This document shows positions 46,434 through 50,086 of a DNA stretch of 50,086 nucleotides, in pieces. Position 1 is the stretch's first letter, and every line of letters starts with the position of its first letter. Below the pieces are notes generated by a model. The model saw only the letters and a program-made list of their open reading frames with translations, did not search any database and was not told the origin of the DNA. Location of the stretch: IMG/VR virus record IMGVR_UViG_3300017747_005419, positions 1 through 50,086 of that record. One strand, 5' to 3'. The stretch comes from a virus (lineage: Duplodnaviria > Caudoviricetes). The position numbers and the translations under genes were made by a program.

Positions 46434-46739
46434 TCACTCCCCCTTCGGGTCGAGCTCGCACGCCCCGGCGCCGTGGCGGTAGCCGCAGGCGTTGCAGAAC
46501 GATGAGCGGGCGATGATGGCCCAGTCGGGCAGGTCGACGAGCACGTCGCAGTCGCGGTCGATGGCGACGATGAGGTCGAGGGCGGCACGGTGGTCGACAC
46601 CGAACACGACGGTGTCGCCGGTCAGGTTGTCGACGCCTTCGAACACGATGACCGTGTCGGTGAGGCTGCCGGTGCGGTAGTCCTCGACGAGCACGAGCGT
46701 GCCGTTGGGGACGTAGTCGATGGAATCGAGGGTGGTCAT
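46434..46739 (-). CDS. hypothetical protein with C-terminal CxxC..H....C
   Basis: GAAGGAGCCACCC-ATG. MTTLDSIDYVPNGTLVLVED... Confidence 0.7.
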   Translation of the reverse strand: MTTLDSIDYVPNGTLVLVEDYRTGSLTDTVIVFEGVDNLTGDTVVFGVDHRAALDLIVAIDRDCDVLVDLPDWAIIARSSFCNACGYRHGAGACELDPKGE

Positions 46740-46818
46740 GGGTGGCTCCTTCAGGTGAGGCCGAGCGCCTCTGGGAACCACCGGCCCGAAGGCCGGTAGC
46801 TCCCCGCGATGCTCAGCG
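46737..46818 (-). ncRNA. structured intergenic RNA motif, copy F
   Basis: cgcUGAgcaUCGCG-[GGGAGCUACCGGCC UUCG GGCCGGUGGUUCCC]-A-[GAGGC GCUCG GCCUC]-accug-AAGGAGCCACCC-AUG. Confidence 0.75.
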
Positions 46819-47070
46819 TGGGGCGTGCACGTAGATCGGGTCGCCGTGCAGGATGTGCACGACCCGACCGGTGTCGAGGGTGAGCGAGGTGAACTCGTTG
46901 TCGTCCTCGATGGCGTCGATGCGGTGCGCCGTGTAGGCGGTGCCCTCGGCGTTGACGAGGGCGTAGCGGTCACGGAAGCTCAGCGCCCGGTGAGGGGTGC
47001 GCCGCACGTTGCCGAGGTGGAACGGGTGGATCGTGTGCCCTTCGAGCGGGTCGAACGGGAGGTGGTTCAT
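46813..47070 (-). CDS. hypothetical protein
   Basis: GAAGGAGCCACCC-ATG. MNHLPFDPLEGHTIH... Confidence 0.7.
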   Translation of the reverse strand: MNHLPFDPLEGHTIHPFHLGNVRRTPHRALSFRDRYALVNAEGTAYTAHRIDAIEDDNEFTSLTLDTGRVVHILHGDPIYVHAPR

Positions 47071-47096
47071 GGGTGGCTCCTTCGGTGTTGGGATTG

Positions 47097-47126
47097 ACAC
47101 TACACGGTGCTGTGCTCACCTTGCAA
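47097..47126 (-). promoter_or_regulatory. sigmaA-like promoter embedded in a hairpin
   Basis: TTGCAA-N18-TAGTGT. The -35 box is the centre of dyad GCTGTG(A)CTCACC-TTGCAA-GGTGAGCACAGC. Confidence 0.5.
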
Positions 47127-47132
47127 GGTGAG

Positions 47133-47921
47133 TCACAGCCAGCCGTGCTTCTTGGCGCACACCGGGCCGATGCCCCGGGCCACCGACGCCTCGTCTTCGA
47201 GGGGACGGGAGCACAGGCCACAGGTGCCGGTGAGCTGGCCGTACCGCTCTGCAGCGGCGCGGGGGTCGGCCAGGATGGCCGTGAGCTGCTCGACGAGCCG
47301 ACCGGCGTAGGTGCGGCCCGGCGCTTGCTTGCCGTACCGCTCACCGCTGCCGTACTCGGCGGCGTCCTTCACGAACACCCAGCCAGCCCAGTTGCCACGC
47401 TCGACGTTGTCGATCTCGAGCTTCAGCCGGGTGTCGCCACCAGGGACCGCATAGCGGCCACTGGGGAGCCCGGACAGGTCGAGGCCGGCGTCGGCCTGCG
47501 TGGCCCGTGGGCGGGCCGGTGGTGGCGTGCGTGCGAGGTCGTAGAGCACCTCGCCGCGCACCTTGGCGGGCCCGAGGATCGGGCCGAGGTTGACGTCAGC
47601 GGTGCTGCCGTCGGCCTTCGTGACGACCACGGTGGTGCCCTCGGCACCGCGTGGCCCTCGAACCACCCACTTGCCCGTGTGGTCGTTCTTCGCCCACCGG
47701 TAGGTGGGCCCGTCCGACGTGTAGGTGTGGGTGGTGCCCTCGCCGCCCCCTGCGGGGCGCTCGGGCGCTTCCACCGAGCTGGGCCCGGGAGCTCGACGCA
47801 GCAGCGCGAGCGGGCCTTCGGTGGGCGCTGGTCCGCATTCCCAACAGGGACCGCCGAACAGCGGGTCGTGGTCCGTCCCCTTGCACGTCGTGCAGTTGGG
47901 GTCGGAGTAGGTGGTGATCAT
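47133..47921 (-). CDS. DUF6011-like zinc-binding protein
   Basis: C-terminal CGLCSRPLEDEASVARGIGPVC; N-terminal CTTC...CWEC. Confidence 0.75.
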   Translation of the reverse strand: MITTYSDPNCTTCKGTDHDPLFGGPCWECGPAPTEGPLALLRRAPGPSSVEAPERPAGGGEGTTHTYTSDGPTYRWAKNDHTGKWVVRGPRGAEGTTVVVTKADGSTADVNLGPILGPAKVRGEVLYDLARTPPPARPRATQADAGLDLSGLPSGRYAVPGGDTRLKLEIDNVERGNWAGWVFVKDAAEYGSGERYGKQAPGRTYAGRLVEQLTAILADPRAAAERYGQLTGTCGLCSRPLEDEASVARGIGPVCAKKHGWL

Positions 47922-47994
47922 GATGGCTCCTTTCGATGCTGACGCATCTGAGAACCACCGGCCTGTCGGCCGGTAGCTCTCCGCTGGGTCAGCG
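47919..47994 (-). ncRNA. structured intergenic RNA motif, copy E
   Basis: cgcUGAccCAGCG-[GAGAGCUACCGGCC GACA GGCCGGUGGUUCUC]-A-[GAUGC GUCA GCAUC]-ga-AAGGAGCCAUC-AUG. Confidence 0.75.
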
Positions 47995-48456
47995 CTGCAG
48001 TGCGTCGAAGGCTGCGTAGAGCAGCTCGACGGCGTGCTCGTCGCTGGCTTCCCACTCCCGGGCGAGGGGCGGGTTGTCCGACTCTTCGAGGGTGTTGAGC
48101 GCGGCCCGGTTCTGGGCCCACCCAGCGACCGCCTCGGCGCCCAGGAGGCGCTTGAGGATGTCGAGCTGGCGCCGCGCTTGGTCCTCGGCGTCGGCCACGG
48201 CCTCGATGAACGAGGAGTGGCTGTCGGTGTCGAGGTGCCAGCACACGAGGTGCTCGAACAGCGTGTTCGGCTCGGCGTAACGGTCGGGCACCTCGGCCAG
48301 GTCGATCTCGCCGAGCGTGAGCCCTTCGACGTCGAAGTCGAAGTCGCCCACGCCGTCGATGAAGCACTGGCTCACGGCCGAGGCGTTCTCGGCCTCCACC
48401 TCGACGGTGCCGAAGTAGCGGCCGAACTGGAGGAGGGTTGCGCGGTAGGTGTTCAT
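47989..48456 (-). CDS. hypothetical protein
   Basis: AAGGAGCCATCACC-ATG. MNTYRATLLQFGRYFGTVEVEAENA... Confidence 0.7.
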   Translation of the reverse strand: MNTYRATLLQFGRYFGTVEVEAENASAVSQCFIDGVGDFDFDVEGLTLGEIDLAEVPDRYAEPNTLFEHLVCWHLDTDSHSSFIEAVADAEDQARRQLDILKRLLGAEAVAGWAQNRAALNTLEESDNPPLAREWEASDEHAVELLYAAFDALQR

Positions 48457-48537
48457 GGTGATGGCTCCTTGGTGTTGCTGATGCTGACTGCATCTGGCTG
48501 CCACCCCCGAAGGGGTGGCACCCCGTTGCGTTCAGCT
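48454..48537 (-). ncRNA. structured intergenic RNA motif, copy D
   Basis: agcUGAacgCAACG-[GGGUGCCACCCC UUCG GGGGUGGCAGCC]-A-[GAUGC AGUCA GCAUC]-agcaacacc-AAGGAGCCAUCACC-AUG. Confidence 0.75.
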
Positions 48538-48777
48538 GAACTTGGTCGCGCTGACGATGCGGTTGTGGCCTCGGAACTTCACGATGGTGAAGACGTGCAG
48601 GCCGCACTCGTTGCCGGTGAGCTGGTGGCCGACGGTGCTGTTGGCCAGCGTGCGCAGGCGCACGGTGGAGTGGTCGTCGAGCTCGATCGACAGCTCCCAC
48701 GTTGGGTTGCCCGACGACGAGCAACGCAGGCGCTGGGCGTCCACGATGCGACCGCTGATGATGTTCTTGGTGGTCAT
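48532..48777 (-). CDS. small beta-rich hypothetical protein
   Basis: AAGGAGCCATC-ATG. S.SGNP.W motif. Confidence 0.7.
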   Translation of the reverse strand: MTTKNIISGRIVDAQRLRCSSSGNPTWELSIELDDHSTVRLRTLANSTVGHQLTGNECGLHVFTIVKFRGHNRIVSATKFS

Positions 48778-48860
48778 GATGGCTCCTTGGTTGCGAAGGC
48801 TGAGACGCCTTCGCCCAACCCACCGTCAACGGACGGTGAGCTGGACGCTGTGTCTCAGCG
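48775..48860 (-). ncRNA. structured intergenic RNA motif, copy C (most divergent)
   Basis: cgcUGAgacaCAGCG-[UCCAGCUCACCGUC CGUU GACGGUGGGUUGGG]-C-[GAAGGC GUCUCA GCCUUC]-gcaacc-AAGGAGCCAUC-AUG. Confidence 0.75.
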
Positions 48861-49124
48861 GCCGGGCACTCGAACCGAGTGCTGCTCCAGGCGACGGCAG
48901 AGCGTCGCCAGGATGTTGTGGCGGGCCCGGTCGTTGTAGATCGCCGCCTTGTGGTTGCCGATCGCATCGGCGAACGGCTGCACGAACTGACCGGCGATGT
49001 CGATGGTCGTCCGGTTGAACCGGATCCCCGGGCCGGTGAGCCCGGCGTGCTGGATCGCGGCCTCGGCCTCGGCGATGTGGCTGCGGGTGAGGCCCTTGAG
49101 GGTGATGCCCTGGTGGGTGTGCAT
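48855..49124 (-). CDS. hypothetical protein
   Basis: AAGGAGCCATC-ATG; 89 aa. Confidence 0.7.
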   Translation of the reverse strand: MHTHQGITLKGLTRSHIAEAEAAIQHAGLTGPGIRFNRTTIDIAGQFVQPFADAIGNHKAAIYNDRARHNILATLCRRLEQHSVRVPGR

Positions 49125-49205
49125 GATGGCTCCTTGGGTTGGTGATGCTTAGCAGCATCTGGCTGCCCACCTCATGGGAGGTGGGCACCCCGCTGGCGCT
49201 CAGCG
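49122..49205 (-). ncRNA. structured intergenic RNA motif, copy B
   Basis: cgcUGAgcgcCAGCG-[GGGUGCCCACCUC CCAU GAGGUGGGCAGCC]-A-[GAUGC UGCUAA GCAUC]-accaaccc-AAGGAGCCAUC-AUG. Confidence 0.75.
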
Positions 49206-49490
49206 TTCGAGGATGACGACTTTCTCGCCCGGGTAGACGTCGACAGCCTCGTCGTGCAGCTGCAGGCGCACGGCTTGGGTGCCGTAGCGCTCGCCGTCGA
49301 CGGTGGTGATGTCGAGCACCTCGCGGTAGCTCTTGCGTGTCCAGCGTCCGAGGGTGTCGGGGCTGTAGGTCACGAGGGTGTCGCCTTGGGCGACCCGATG
49401 GGCCGACACGATGAGGAGCGGTGCGTCGTCGTTGACGTGCTCCCAGTAGCCGCAGCCCTGGTTGCTGTCGAGGGGTGGGTTGATGGTCAT
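49200..49490 (-). CDS. hypothetical protein
   Basis: AAGGAGCCATCC-ATG. MTINPPLDSNQGCGYWEH... Confidence 0.7.
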   Translation of the reverse strand: MTINPPLDSNQGCGYWEHVNDDAPLLIVSAHRVAQGDTLVTYSPDTLGRWTRKSYREVLDITTVDGERYGTQAVRLQLHDEAVDVYPGEKVVILER

Positions 49491-49570
49491 GGATGGCTCC
49501 TTGGTGTGCGATGCCTGAGGGCATCTGGCTGCCCTCCAGTCGCCTGGAGGGCACCCCGCTGGCCTCAGCT
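49488..49570 (-). ncRNA. structured intergenic RNA motif, copy A
   Basis: agcUGAggcCAGCG-[GGGUGCCCUCCAG GCGA CUGGAGGGCAGCC]-A-[GAUGC CCUCAG GCAUC]-gcacacc-AAGGAGCCAUCC-AUG. Confidence 0.75.
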
Positions 49571-49927
49571 GCGCTTGCTGGCTTCGACGTCGTCGATGAC
49601 CGCCCCGAGGGCTCCGAGCAGGGCTCGGGCCTCGGTGAGGCTGACGAAGACGCTGACGTCGCCGAACTGCACGGCGACGGTGTCGCGGTACAACCGGAGG
49701 GCGTCGACCTCGCACGCCTCGTTGCCTGCGAGCAGGCTCTGGGGCGTGTGGATGTTCACCTTGTGGTGGTCGTGGTCGGGCGAGGTGTACTCGGTGACCT
49801 CGACGTGGGTGCCGTCGAGCACCCACGTGTGGGTGGTGGCCTCGAAGGTCGGGATCCCGTCACCGGCCTCCTCGTAGCGGTTGGCTTCGACTCGGACGGT
49901 GGTGGTGGGTTCGATGGTGATGCTCAT
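49565..49927 (-). CDS. hypothetical protein
   Basis: AAGGAGCCATC-ATG; 120 aa. Confidence 0.7.
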   Translation of the reverse strand: MSITIEPTTTVRVEANRYEEAGDGIPTFEATTHTWVLDGTHVEVTEYTSPDHDHHKVNIHTPQSLLAGNEACEVDALRLYRDTVAVQFGDVSVFVSLTEARALLGALGAVIDDVEASKRS

Positions 49928-50086
49928 GATGGCTCCTTGGTGTCCAGCGGTGTCGCTGGCCGAGGTGACCAGGGCGAGGATGCTGGGGTCGGCTCACGGC
50001 CGGGCTGCTGTAGCTCGGGCTCATGCCACCCGCTACCGGCCCTAGCCGGGGCGCTGTGGATCTGCCAGCGGTTGTCGTCTTGGTCA

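Noticed and set aside
46737-49570. Six-copy motif as a SECIS-like or UGA read-through signal producing a polyprotein
   Set aside because: Spacer lengths are 73, 67, 75, 77, 75 and 74 nt, so only two keep the frame, and each downstream gene has its own strong SD.
46737-49570. Motif as integron attC sites or a CRISPR array
   Set aside because: No RYYYAAC/GTTRRRY boxes, no tyrosine recombinase or cas operon seen, repeats are not sequence-identical and the intervening units are whole genes.

Overview
The window looks like an essentially complete ~50 kb high-GC tailed dsDNA phage genome. The host is probably actinobacterial (inferred from GC content, sigmaA-like promoters and leaderless starts) and the virion probably short-tailed. 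The + strand (1234-35380) carries: terminase large subunit with an N-terminal HTH, portal, five putative internal/ejection proteins, scaffold, HK97-type major capsid, fibres (one combining beta-helix, lipase, PKD and CBM domains), adaptor, M15 endolysin, nozzle, holin and a GH16 enzyme. The - strand (35526-43905) carries an HTH regulator, Cas4/RecB-like exonuclease, a Tad1-family anti-defence sponge, SSB-like protein, DnaB-like helicase, primase and resolvase. A short + operon and a leftward array of small early genes (45622-49927) follow. I recognised no DNA polymerase, integrase or tape measure. The most striking unexplained feature is non-coding. Six intergenic spacers in the early array share one covarying three-hairpin RNA fold that starts at the upstream GCUGA stop and ends in an extended Shine-Dalgarno (AAGGAGCCAYC); the stop-codon segment is complementary to the last hairpin's loop in every copy. 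Two atypical tRNA-like cloverleaves lie right after the last stop codon of two gene blocks, and several other structured non-coding regions are present. All calls come from reading the sequence by eye; no searches or folding programs were run.
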